DNA of 24,062 bases from Bacteroidota bacterium (GCA_041478155.1 JBGOVN010000001.1:1-24062), one strand, 5' to 3'; counted from the first letter of the stretch, positions 1-8,734 are shown. Program-made: numbers and translations. Notes: generated by a model from the sequence alone, not told the origin.

Positions 1-603
1 CCTCATCACGTTGAGCCAGTCGGCGGACGTCCCTTTCTTACTGCTGATTTTTTTCTTAACACGATCCGCAAGAATTTCTGCACCGCCGCCGGGAATTGAC
101 CGCAGTCCTGCAGCCCAGAGCCGCTCGAGAACCTCCCGGATTGAAAGACCCGAGACATTTGCCATACCGATAATTTCGGATGTGGAAAAGAAGTGCGGAT
201 ACACCTGCGGAACCTCAGCAACCGTACGCCGCACCATTTCTTCATAGTACTCGAACGGAAGAGCCGGATTGACCCCCCCCTGCAAGAGCACCGTCGTAAC
301 ACCCTTGGCAGCGGCGTCTTTGAAATTTTGAATCATGTGGTCGACCGAGTGTGTATACACCCCCTCGTCGCCCGGATGACGATAAAATGCGCAGAAAATG
401 CAATCAACGTTGCAGACGTTCGTGTAGTTCGGGTTGGTGTCCACGACGTAGGTAACCCTTGGTTCGGGGTTTTTTCGAAAACGGATCTCATTAGCGAGGT
501 CGCCCAGGTCAAGCAACTCGGTGTTTCGAAGGAGGAATACCCCTTCTTCTTGCGTCAGCCGCTCACCGGTACGTGATTTCTTTATGACTGTTTCAACCGT
601 CAT
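1..603 (-). CDS. mqnC: Cyclic dehypoxanthine futalosine synthase MqnC (radical SAM), 5' part only; runs off the left edge
   Basis: Not in the ORF track; translated by hand from the ATG at 603: MTVETVIKKSRTGERLTQEEG...VTYVVDTNPNYTNVCNVDCIFCAFYRHPGD...VLLQGGVNP...SIPGGGAEILADRVKKKIS. It has the CxxxCxxC motif, the NYTNVC..C.FCAFYR and LLQGG motifs of MqnC, and is open to position 1. Confidence 0.9.
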   Translation of the reverse strand, partial: MTVETVIKKSRTGERLTQEEGVFLLRNTELLDLGDLANEIRFRKNPEPRVTYVVDTNPNYTNVCNVDCIFCAFYRHPGDEGVYTHSVDHMIQNFKDAAAKGVTTVLLQGGVNPALPFEYYEEMVRRTVAEVPQVYPHFFSTSEIIGMANVSGLSIREVLERLWAAGLRSIPGGGAEILADRVKKKISSKKGTSADWLNVMR

Positions 604-614
604 CTGTCATGGGC

Positions 615-1457
615 TCAAAAACTAATTTTATATCCCAACGCCTTTAACTCCTTCATGATCCCGAGCGACCCTTCTTCAAGCTTGACGACAATGGGTTTAA
701 CGGTTACGCCCGGAACTGTCTTTGGGAAATTCACATCGGACATGTGGAGGATGCAGACGCGCCCCTTGCCGAGCTTGCCGACGAAATGACCGACTTCGAA
801 CATCGCGTATGTAAGGTCGTCCGCGTTAAGAACAAAAAAAGCAAACCGAACGTCAGAACGTTCCTGGATTTCCTCAAGCGAGAGCATCTGGCCGTGCACT
901 CTATTCAGCACTACCTCTTCGAGCCCTATCTCGCTCAGGAATTGTGACAATTGAGCTCGCAAGGGATCATTCTGTTCACCGATGACATACACCTTGTTGC
1001 TCGCGATGCCATCGGACTTTGTCGGCGCGGGTGCAGGAGCAGGCGCAGCGACTGGCGCGGCTGCGGTAGCCGCTTTTGGCGGCGGCTTCAATACCCGGGC
1101 TCCGCCAGTGTCAGTTGATGTTACCGGCGCCGGAGCCGCGACGGCGGCCGGAGCGGCTGCAGCGGCGAGCTCGGGAGACGCTTTTAATTTTTCATACAAC
1201 TCCTTGATCGAAGTTACGATAAGCTGAGCCGACGATTGAAAGAAATAGCCGCCGTTCTGGTCTCCGACAATCTTGTTCTTATACGGAAACCCAATGGGCC
1301 CGGACTGCTCGAGAGTCTCGAGGCAACTTTTTCGCCATTCAAGATATTTGTTCTGAAGTCTGGCATTGTATCCGGAAAATTCGAAGCCTCCGAGAGGCAC
1401 AAGTTGGGTCCCGGTTGCTAACAGTTCTTCGAATTTTTTTACGATGGCTTCAGACAT
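615..1457 (-). CDS. Divergent TIR-like nucleotide-binding protein (PF10137/Cap12-Pycsar TIR-like type): N-terminal helical domain, Ala/Pro linker, C-terminal TIR-like domain
   Basis: The C-terminal segment KVYVIG...LSQFLSEIGLEEVVL...DVRFAFFVLNADD..MFEVGHFVGKLGKGRVCIL matches the family pattern KVFIVHG...FL..LGLEPIIL...FAIVLLTPDD...FELGYF.GKLGR.RV. ATG at 1457 is preceded by GGAG/AGGTG. Confidence 0.75.
   Translation of the reverse strand: MSEAIVKKFEELLATGTQLVPLGGFEFSGYNARLQNKYLEWRKSCLETLEQSGPIGFPYKNKIVGDQNGGYFFQSSAQLIVTSIKELYEKLKASPELAAAAAPAAVAAPAPVTSTDTGGARVLKPPPKAATAAAPVAAPAPAPAPTKSDGIASNKVYVIGEQNDPLRAQLSQFLSEIGLEEVVLNRVHGQMLSLEEIQERSDVRFAFFVLNADDLTYAMFEVGHFVGKLGKGRVCILHMSDVNFPKTVPGVTVKPIVVKLEEGSLGIMKELKALGYKISF
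1002..1181 (-). repeat. Low-complexity Ala/Pro-rich linker inside the TIR-like protein
   Basis: Residues ~93-152: ASPELAAAAAPAAVAAPAPVTSTDTGGARVLKPPPKAATAAAPVAAPAPAPAPTKS. Confidence 0.8.
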
Positions 1458-1471
1458 ACACCTGGCAACTC

Positions 1472-3337
1472 CTACACACTTTCCACTTCGACGGAGCGAA
1501 GCAGTGATTGAAACGTTTCTATAGCCAACTTTTCACGTTCCCCAACGCGGTAGTTGATTCCCTCGAGATATTCCCCGGCCTCTTGCGGTGTGAGACCGAT
1601 TCGTTTTCCGAGTAAGAGACCCACGGCCTCGAAATCCTCCTCTGCCTTCTCGACGGAGCGCTGGATGAGAAGCGAAAGTTCCTCCGTCTGCTCCTGCGAC
1701 AGAGATGTTCGCACAGCCCACAAGGCGAACACGAATGGGAGCTTTTTCCAGTCATACCACTCAGCTGCCAGGTCGTACACAATTTCAAATCCTTCCAGTC
1801 CGAATTTTCTGTGCCTCAGTGCTTCATCACCAATAAGCAACACCGCTTCAAACGATGAATAATCGTTCACCCCCGAATGCATTCTCTTCATCACTGCCTT
1901 GACACCGTATTTCTTTTCCAACAAGATCTTCAAGAGCGTCACCGAGGTTGCCGTATCATCGGTGATTCCAATCGTTTTACCCTCGAGGTCTCTCCAACCG
2001 TGATTCGAAAAGAGCAGGACACTCTTTACCTGGTCTCGCGTAGCAATGCAGAAGTTCAGAGGCCTCAGGGTTTCCCGCTGGGCCAAGTAATCGACGAGAG
2101 AAAATGGACCCGCGTCAATCTCACCGTGCCTCGAAAGAACACCCATCCGCCGCGGGCTGACGGGCATGACCTTGAATTGGCGTCGTTCAAAATTCCTGTA
2201 GAACGGGACTGAGTTCAGGTACGGGATTTTCCCGACAACGTTCGAGGCGTACAGATGAAGCGGGTTGTAATAGACGTCCCGCTCCACCGGAATCTTTCCG
2301 GCGTCGAGGATGATCTTGATGATCCGGTCCTTCTCCAGCTTCGAAGGGCTCACGGCGCCGGCATCGTGGGCGATTCGCTCACCCCCCACCGTTCCATCCA
2401 TGTCGTCCGCCCCAAAGTTCAGCGCTATGGACGCCACTTCCTCCGTGAGCATCACCCAATACGCCTTGATATGCGGAATATTATCGAGCATCAATCTCGA
2501 TATCGAAATCATTTTCAGATCGTCAATGGCGGAGGTAAAACGGTCGGGCGGCTTGATCCCGGTGTCTCCCGGCTGAAACGCGAGAGGGATGAACGACAAG
2601 AACCCGCCAGTCTCGTCCTGTGCCTCTCGAAGCCTGATCATGTGGTGAACGCGCTCGGCGAATGTCTCGACGTGGCCATAGAGGATCGTGCTATTGGTCG
2701 GAATCCCGAGCCGGTGAGCGGTCTTGTGAACCTCAAACCACGTCTTTGCTCCGATCTTCTGATTGAACAGCAATTTGCGTACCCGTTCCGAGAACACCTC
2801 AGCGCCGCCTCCAGGCATCGTGCGCAGTCCCGCTTCTTTTAGCTGGCGAAGCACATCCTCGATGGGTATTCGGAACTTTTTATGGAAAAAATCGATCTCG
2901 ACCGCCGTAAATGCTTTGATGTCGACAGAGGGAAACTTCTGTTTGATCTGCCGAATCATGTCGAGATAGTATTCCCATTCCCAATCCGGATGGAGGCCAC
3001 CGGTAATATGTACCTCATGGATATCCGGCGTGAGTTTGTGGAGGATTTCATGAATTGTCATCTCGTAGGCATCCGGGCGTCCTGCCTTAGTCGCAAAATC
3101 GCAAAACTTGCAGGAGAGAACACAGATATTCGTCGGCTCGATCTTCTGATTCAGCACAAAATAGACCGCATCGCCACTCAGGTTGCGCTGGACGAAATTA
3201 GCCATCTTGCCGATCGAAATGAGGTCGTTCGAAGTGAACATCGCGACACCATCTTCCAGCGTCAGACGTTCCCCGGCCTGAACCTTCTCCCAGATCGGTG
3301 CAAGTTTCTTATCCCGAAAAAAAATATCCGCACTCAT
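1472..3337 (-). CDS. mqnE: Fusion of aminofutalosine synthase MqnE (radical SAM, N-terminal, ~3337-2264) and chorismate dehydratase MqnA (C-terminal, ~2239-1472)
   Basis: N-terminal half: PTNICVLSCKFC, EVHITGG, KAFTAVEI, TMPGGGAE, HIKAYWVM, GADDMDGT, PVERD (MqnE-type). C-terminal half: GKIPYLNSVPFY, VKSVLLFS, TSVTLLKILL, LLIGDEAL, DLAAEW...LPFVFALW (MqnA). I prefer the ATG at 3337 (MSADIFF) over the GTG/TTG extension to 3403, which overlaps mqnL. Confidence 0.9.
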   Translation of the reverse strand: MSADIFFRDKKLAPIWEKVQAGERLTLEDGVAMFTSNDLISIGKMANFVQRNLSGDAVYFVLNQKIEPTNICVLSCKFCDFATKAGRPDAYEMTIHEILHKLTPDIHEVHITGGLHPDWEWEYYLDMIRQIKQKFPSVDIKAFTAVEIDFFHKKFRIPIEDVLRQLKEAGLRTMPGGGAEVFSERVRKLLFNQKIGAKTWFEVHKTAHRLGIPTNSTILYGHVETFAERVHHMIRLREAQDETGGFLSFIPLAFQPGDTGIKPPDRFTSAIDDLKMISISRLMLDNIPHIKAYWVMLTEEVASIALNFGADDMDGTVGGERIAHDAGAVSPSKLEKDRIIKIILDAGKIPVERDVYYNPLHLYASNVVGKIPYLNSVPFYRNFERRQFKVMPVSPRRMGVLSRHGEIDAGPFSLVDYLAQRETLRPLNFCIATRDQVKSVLLFSNHGWRDLEGKTIGITDDTATSVTLLKILLEKKYGVKAVMKRMHSGVNDYSSFEAVLLIGDEALRHRKFGLEGFEIVYDLAAEWYDWKKLPFVFALWAVRTSLSQEQTEELSLLIQRSVEKAEEDFEAVGLLLGKRIGLTPQEAGEYLEGINYRVGEREKLAIETFQSLLRSVEVESV

Positions 3338-3371
3338 CGTACTCTCATGTACTTTCAATGTGCTCTCATCG

Positions 3372-5147
3372 CTACTTCCAGTATTGATCCCACTTTTCCT
3401 CAACCTTTCTCACTATTTTCTTCTCCATCGTCAGTGTTCCAGGATATCCCTTCTTCCACGTCGCATCGATTCCCATCACACCTTTGTAAATCGGAGATAT
3501 CCCCATGAGCCGTTGCTCCGTAAAAATAACATCCCGCTCACAGTCGAACCGTGTAAAAACTCCCCAGAGATAGTTTTCCCGGTCCATAATATCAACATCC
3601 TCGCTCACGATTGCTATCACACTTACGTCCTTCAGTTCCTTTCTCAGCACGAGCTTCTCAAGAACCGACCGTCCATTTGCACGAACTTTGACCAATAGGA
3701 GACAACTCTCTACCAAGTTGATGTCGACGATTCTGCGGTCGAGCGACCTGAGCCAACGAAGATCCGCCGCCGCCTTGACCGAACCACCCTTGCGTGTCCC
3801 GCGCACCTTGCGGGTCGCGTCGATGACCATCTTGCTCCCCAGTTCCATCGTGAAGCTTGTGAAATCAAGGGTGTCCAACGGTACCTTGGGTATGAGCACG
3901 AAATCATAATGCGGATCAAAATTGTCCCTGATGGATTGGAGTACCGACTTCCAGTCCCGCGCCTGGACATCTTCGGAAACGAGTACCACGCATTTCGTCA
4001 ACGAGAGTTGTCCGGTGCCAAGCAAGCCGAGTGCGGCTTTCATCGCCTCCTTCGCATACCGGTCCTCGACCGAAACGACCAGGAGATTATGGAAGCCGGC
4101 CTCGTAGTATGCCCAAAGATTTCGTACTTCCTTGTGGATCAGTTTCGCGAGTGGGCCTAAAATCTCCTGAGTAGCATCACCCAGGAATTTATCCTCCATC
4201 GGTGGAATTCCGACGACGGTCGCAGGATATATGGCGTCGCGTCGCCGAGTCACAGCGCGAACATGGAACACGGGAAACGGTGCGGCTTCCGAATAGTGGC
4301 CGAAGTGGTCGCCGAACGGACCTTCCTTTCGACGCTGACCAGCCGGAACTGCGCCTTCCAGAATGAACTCGGCTTGAGCAGGAACGAACGTTGAAATCGT
4401 TTTCCCCCTCATCATCGGAATCGGTTTTCCGCGGAGGAATGCTGCGAACTGCACCTCATCGATTCCTTCGGGTAGTGGAGCGATCGTGGCGAAAAGGAGT
4501 GCTGGGTCCGTTCCAAGTGCAACAGCCACTTCCAGTTCCCGTCCAAGACGCTCTGCACGGTAATAATGGAACCCCCCTCCTTTCTGGATCTGCCAATGCA
4601 TGCCCGTCGTCTTGGCATCGTAGACATGGAGTCTGTAGAGGCCTACATTTCGTCTTGCATCGACCGGGTCGTAGGTGAAGACCTGTCCCATCGTGATGAA
4701 CCTTCCTCCATCACGAGGCCAGCATGTTTGAAGGGGAAGTTCGTCAAGATTTGGTTTGCAAACGATTTCCTGGGAGCTCCCGTCGCGAACAATTCGCGCC
4801 CTCGCTTTCAGGAGCTTGGCGACGACCGACCGCTGGTTCCACACCGATGAGATCGTCGGGGGCATCATGCGGTCAAAGAATGTGATAAGCTCGGATCCTA
4901 TCTGTTCGGGATGCCGGCCGAGTGCCAGCTCAATGCGTCGGTCCGACGCAAAGACGTTGATCGCGAGGGGAATCTTCGACCCTCTCACATTTTCAAAGAG
5001 CAGAGCAGGCTTCTTTTCCTTCAGCGCCCGCGTGGCAATTTCTGTAATCTCGAGCCTCGGATCAACTTCGAAGCGAACGCGCTTAAGTTCCCCGATCGAT
5101 TCCAGATAGCGAACGAATTCACCAAAGGCCGGAAATGCATTTACCAT
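3372..5147 (-). CDS. ubiD: UbiD-family prFMN-dependent decarboxylase, menaquinone futalosine type (MqnL), long form
   Basis: EITEIA, PALLFENV, NVGLYR, EGPFGDHFGHY (catalytic Glu motif), PATVVG.PP.ED; located in the mqn operon; GAGG RBS. Confidence 0.92.
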   Translation of the reverse strand: MVNAFPAFGEFVRYLESIGELKRVRFEVDPRLEITEIATRALKEKKPALLFENVRGSKIPLAINVFASDRRIELALGRHPEQIGSELITFFDRMMPPTISSVWNQRSVVAKLLKARARIVRDGSSQEIVCKPNLDELPLQTCWPRDGGRFITMGQVFTYDPVDARRNVGLYRLHVYDAKTTGMHWQIQKGGGFHYYRAERLGRELEVAVALGTDPALLFATIAPLPEGIDEVQFAAFLRGKPIPMMRGKTISTFVPAQAEFILEGAVPAGQRRKEGPFGDHFGHYSEAAPFPVFHVRAVTRRRDAIYPATVVGIPPMEDKFLGDATQEILGPLAKLIHKEVRNLWAYYEAGFHNLLVVSVEDRYAKEAMKAALGLLGTGQLSLTKCVVLVSEDVQARDWKSVLQSIRDNFDPHYDFVLIPKVPLDTLDFTSFTMELGSKMVIDATRKVRGTRKGGSVKAAADLRWLRSLDRRIVDINLVESCLLLVKVRANGRSVLEKLVLRKELKDVSVIAIVSEDVDIMDRENYLWGVFTRFDCERDVIFTEQRLMGISPIYKGVMGIDATWKKGYPGTLTMEKKIVRKVEEKWDQYWK

Positions 5148-5153
5148 CGCGCC

Positions 5154-5705
5154 TCATTCAAGTTCTTGCGACCTCCACCCGTTCGGAACAGGGAAACCAA
5201 GAACACCCAGGACCTTGGTAATAAATGCATTCACATATTCGTCGACAGTTTTTGGGACAAAATACAAAGGCGGAGATATCGGCATGATCACTGCGCCGTC
5301 CCGGGAAAGCCTCGCGCACTGTTCCAACGAGATTGTCGACAACGGTGTTTCACGCACGCAGAGGATCAATTTTGAGTGTTCTTTCAGGGCTACCTGTGCG
5401 GATCGGGTAATCAGTGTGTCGCCGATGCCGGATGCAATCTTACCGAGCGTTGAGGTTGAGCACGGTAGAACGACGACGGCGTCAATGTGATTCGACCCGG
5501 AAGCGAGGGGCGCCGTCAGGTCGTCGTCCGAAAACTGACGCTTGATGTACGGAGCCAGGTCTTTGTCGGTCAGACCGAGCTCGTCCTTCAGTAAGACCTT
5601 CCCCCATTTGCTCACAACAAGAAACTTCTCAGCGCTGCACTGTTTGAGGAATTCCCGCGCGTAGATTGCGCCGGACGCACCTGTAATTCCGACGGCAATC
5701 CTCAC
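5154..5705 (-). CDS. ubiX: Flavin prenyltransferase UbiX (MqnM role)
   Basis: MRIAVGITGASG, APLASGS, PCSTSTLGKIASG, LITRSAQVALKE, RETPLS. Its GTG start overlaps the upstream TGA (GTGA). Confidence 0.95.
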   Translation of the reverse strand: MRIAVGITGASGAIYAREFLKQCSAEKFLVVSKWGKVLLKDELGLTDKDLAPYIKRQFSDDDLTAPLASGSNHIDAVVVLPCSTSTLGKIASGIGDTLITRSAQVALKEHSKLILCVRETPLSTISLEQCARLSRDGAVIMPISPPLYFVPKTVDEYVNAFITKVLGVLGFPVPNGWRSQELE

Positions 5706-6547
5706 CGAAAAAAGACCCCGGCCAGGACCATGCCGAAGACCGAGAATCCCAGCACGGCGTTGATCTTAAAAAATGCAAGCTCGACATCTTCGGACTTGCG
5801 ATGTTCGAGATACAGCAAATAACCGGAGAGCAGAAGAAACGGAACAGCGGTGATTGCCCGAATATACACGGCAAAGAGGATTCCGAGGACGACAAACGAC
5901 GCACCGTGGAGATACCCGGAGATTCTCAGCGCTTGCGTCCTCCCGAGACGCGAAGTTAACGAATAGAGATTTTCTTTTCGGTCGAACAGTTCATCCAAGG
6001 TTGAGTAAATAATGTCGAAGCCTGAAACCCACAGAATCGTAAAGCCCGTTAAGAGGATGGCAGGAAGGATGTTCTCGAACGACCGCTGGACTGCAAACCA
6101 GCCGCCAAGCGGGGCCATCGACACACCGAGTCCGACACCGAAATGCGCAAGGCTCGTGAACCGCTTCAAGTAAGGATAGAGAGTAAACACCAGAAGAGGG
6201 AGTGGTGATAGCATCAAACAAAATGGGGAGAGAAGCGCCGCGCTCAGAAAATATGCCATAAGGCCTGCGAGAAGTACCCCCGAGGCTTCCACGAGACTGA
6301 GCCTGCCACTCGGAAGCTCGCGGCCGCTCGTTCGTGGATTGCGTTTGTCGATCTCGCGATCGATCATGCGATTAAGAGCTAACGCGGCTGTCCGGACCCC
6401 TGTTGCTCCTACAAGAACCAGCAAGAGAAGCGAGACGGACGGAGGTTCTTTCGCGGCGAGGAAGACACCGCTGTAGATCAGGGGGAGTGAAAACAGCGTG
6501 TGCTCGATTTTTATGAAACTGGCAAAACTCTTAACTTTTTGCACCAC
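5702..6547 (-). CDS. ubiA: UbiA-family prenyltransferase (MqnP-type)
   Basis: IKIEHTLFSLP, NRMIDREIDKRNPRTSGRELPSG, YPYLKRFT, WVSGFDIIY...D..FD; multiple hydrophobic helices; first gene of the mqn operon. Confidence 0.92.
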   Translation of the reverse strand: MVQKVKSFASFIKIEHTLFSLPLIYSGVFLAAKEPPSVSLLLLVLVGATGVRTAALALNRMIDREIDKRNPRTSGRELPSGRLSLVEASGVLLAGLMAYFLSAALLSPFCLMLSPLPLLVFTLYPYLKRFTSLAHFGVGLGVSMAPLGGWFAVQRSFENILPAILLTGFTILWVSGFDIIYSTLDELFDRKENLYSLTSRLGRTQALRISGYLHGASFVVLGILFAVYIRAITAVPFLLLSGYLLYLEHRKSEDVELAFFKINAVLGFSVFGMVLAGVFFR

Positions 6548-6582
6548 AATGACTTACTCAATAGGTTTCGAATTGAAGAAGA

Positions 6583-6611
6583 AATATAGCAGAAAATTGA
6601 AAGGATAGCAA
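6583..6611 (-). promoter_or_regulatory. Sigma70-type promoter for the mqn operon
   Basis: TTGCTA-17 nt-TATATT on the minus strand, 35 nt upstream of the mqnP start. Confidence 0.6.
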
Positions 6612-6664
6612 GAATCGTCGGCACGCGCTCTGGGAGAGCGAATGCGACCGGGGGTGACGTTGAG

Positions 6665-8734
6665 CTACTTTACGATGCTGCCGGAAGAGACTTCCTCCTG
6701 CAATGTTACAATCGCAAGTTTGCCGTCTTTATCATTGGCGGCGAGCAACATTCCTTGTGACTCCTGTCCCATGAGTTTCGCCGGTTGAAGATTTGCGACA
6801 ACGACGACAAGTTTTCCGAGCAGGTCTTCGGGACTATACTGTTTCGCAATGCCCGCGATAATCTGACGCTGTTCACTTCCGATCTCCACCTGAAGTTTCA
6901 GAAGTTTTTCAGATTTCGGGACCTTTTCGGCAGCAAGAACTCGCGCAACTCGAAGGTCGATTTTCTTAAACTCATCGAGGGTTACGAAGGGGGCCTGTGG
7001 GGCCTTTATTGATTCGACAGGCAGCGTCCCTTTCTCAAGAAACTCCATGATTTCTCCAACCTGTTTATCGTCAATTTTTTTCACCAGGATCTCCGACTTA
7101 TTCAACGCGTGGCCTTCCGTGAGTCTTAGTTCTCCAGCCGCCTCCCAACCCTCCTCCAAGAGCGCAGTCTGCATGTTCAGCATCGTCCATGCCCTACGAG
7201 AGAGGGCGGGAACGACAGGCTCGAGTAAAATCGAGAGGCATCGCACGATCTGAAGACAAACGTGAATCGTCGTGGCGCACCGAGACTTGTCGGTTTTGAG
7301 CGTTTTCCACGGCTCCGAATCGTTAAAATATTTGTTTGCTGCCCGCGCGACATTCATCGCTTCGAGGACGCCATCCCGGAAACGATAATGCTCGAAAAAC
7401 TCACCAACCTTCCGGGGTGCATCCCGGAGTTTCTCAATGATCTCCCGGTCAATCTTCTCGACCGGGCCGCAGAGAGGAACCTTGCTTTCGAAATTCTTTT
7501 CTGTAAACGCGACTGTTCGGTTAATGAAGTTGCCCAGAATATCAGCCAGTTCGTTGTTCGTGCGTGCCTGGAAGTCTTTGAGATAGAAATCACTATCGCG
7601 AGTCTCGGGCAGATTGACGGCAAGGGCGTAGCGAAGGGCATCTGCCGGAAAGAATTTAAGAAAATCCACCACGTCAATTCCCCAGCCACGACTCTTCGAG
7701 AATTTTTGACCTTCAAAGTTCAAAAACTCATTTGCGGGCACGTTTTCCGGAAGGATGTACTGGTCTTTGCCGCCGTCATTCCACGCCATTAACATCGCGG
7801 GAAACACGATACAATGGAACACGACATTGTCTTTGCCGATAAAAGCCACGTATTTCGTATCCGCGCTCTGCCAATACTGTTTCCACGCATCGGGGGTGCC
7901 GCGAGCCCCTGCCCATTCCTTCCCGGAAGAGATGTATCCCAGGACGGCATCGAACCAGACGTAGATCACCTTCTGCTCGTAACCCACAACCGGCACCGGA
8001 ACTCCCCAGGCCAAGTCACGTGTCACGGCCCTATCTTCGAGACCCACTTTGAACCAGCTTTCACAATACCGAAGGACATTATCCTTCCATCCGTCGCGAT
8101 GGTTTCGTTCTTCGATATACTTCTGAAGCCGCGCCTGGTAGGTCCCCAGGGGAAAGTACCAATGTGTCGTCTCACGAACAACGGGGGCTCGCCCGCAGAG
8201 CTTACACTTCGGCTCTATGAGGTCGATCTGATTGAGCCACGTCCCGCAGTTCTCGCATTGATCACCGCGGGCTTGCAGGTACTTACAGTTTGGACACGTG
8301 CCCTCGACGTACCGGTCGGCAAGGAAGAGCGAGTCAAACTCGCAATAGAGTTGCTGTTCCCGTTTTTCTTTCAAGATCTTTCTGCTGTGAAACTCGGAGA
8401 AGAATGCCTTCGTGGTCTCGAAATGAAGCGGAAGTGACGTTCGAGAATAGTTGTCGAAGCTCATACCAAATTCGTCGAAGGCGGCCCGGTTTGCCGGATG
8501 GTATCGGTCGATGATGGATTTTGGGGTGACCTTCTCTTTCTCGGCGGAAACAGTGATTGCGACACCGTGTTCGTCAGAACCACAGAGAAAGAGGACGTCG
8601 CGCTTCTTCAGTCGTTGGTAGCGAACGTAGATATCAGCCGGCAAGTATGCCCCGGCAAGATGACCCAAATGAATGAATCCGTTCGCGTACGGTAGCGCTG
8701 CGGTGACAAGAATTCGCTTAAAGGGGGGTGTCAT
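6665..8734 (-). CDS. metG: Methionine--tRNA ligase with C-terminal tRNA-binding (Trbp111-like) domain
   Basis: TAALPYANGFIHLGH (HIGH), GSDEHG, Zn knuckles, YVWFDA, FIGKDN, KFSKS, DLRVARV...SQGMLLA. Confidence 0.98.
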   Translation of the reverse strand: MTPPFKRILVTAALPYANGFIHLGHLAGAYLPADIYVRYQRLKKRDVLFLCGSDEHGVAITVSAEKEKVTPKSIIDRYHPANRAAFDEFGMSFDNYSRTSLPLHFETTKAFFSEFHSRKILKEKREQQLYCEFDSLFLADRYVEGTCPNCKYLQARGDQCENCGTWLNQIDLIEPKCKLCGRAPVVRETTHWYFPLGTYQARLQKYIEERNHRDGWKDNVLRYCESWFKVGLEDRAVTRDLAWGVPVPVVGYEQKVIYVWFDAVLGYISSGKEWAGARGTPDAWKQYWQSADTKYVAFIGKDNVVFHCIVFPAMLMAWNDGGKDQYILPENVPANEFLNFEGQKFSKSRGWGIDVVDFLKFFPADALRYALAVNLPETRDSDFYLKDFQARTNNELADILGNFINRTVAFTEKNFESKVPLCGPVEKIDREIIEKLRDAPRKVGEFFEHYRFRDGVLEAMNVARAANKYFNDSEPWKTLKTDKSRCATTIHVCLQIVRCLSILLEPVVPALSRRAWTMLNMQTALLEEGWEAAGELRLTEGHALNKSEILVKKIDDKQVGEIMEFLEKGTLPVESIKAPQAPFVTLDEFKKIDLRVARVLAAEKVPKSEKLLKLQVEIGSEQRQIIAGIAKQYSPEDLLGKLVVVVANLQPAKLMGQESQGMLLAANDKDGKLAIVTLQEEVSSGSIVK

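Noticed and set aside
6-576. ORFs 6..302(-), 11..247(+) and 193..576(+)
   Set aside because: Alternative-frame or antisense shadows of mqnC
615-1457. TIR gene as part of a CBASS, Pycsar or Thoeris defence island
   Set aside because: No cyclase, sensor or partner gene and no mobile-element signs nearby; tightly packed within a biosynthetic operon. Action in trans cannot be excluded.
3317-3324. A8 tract near the mqnE-A start (also C8 at 273-280 in mqnC) as phase-variation sites
   Set aside because: The tracts are short, in frame and explained by Phe/Gly codons
2255-3698. Plus-strand ORFs of 195, 208 and 112 aa, and similar ones such as 16731..17501 and 9872..10543
   Set aside because: Antisense shadows of well-supported minus-strand genes
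6625-6640. Small hairpin CGCTCT-ggg-AGAGCG after metG
   Set aside because: 3-nt loop and no U-tract; too weak to call a terminator
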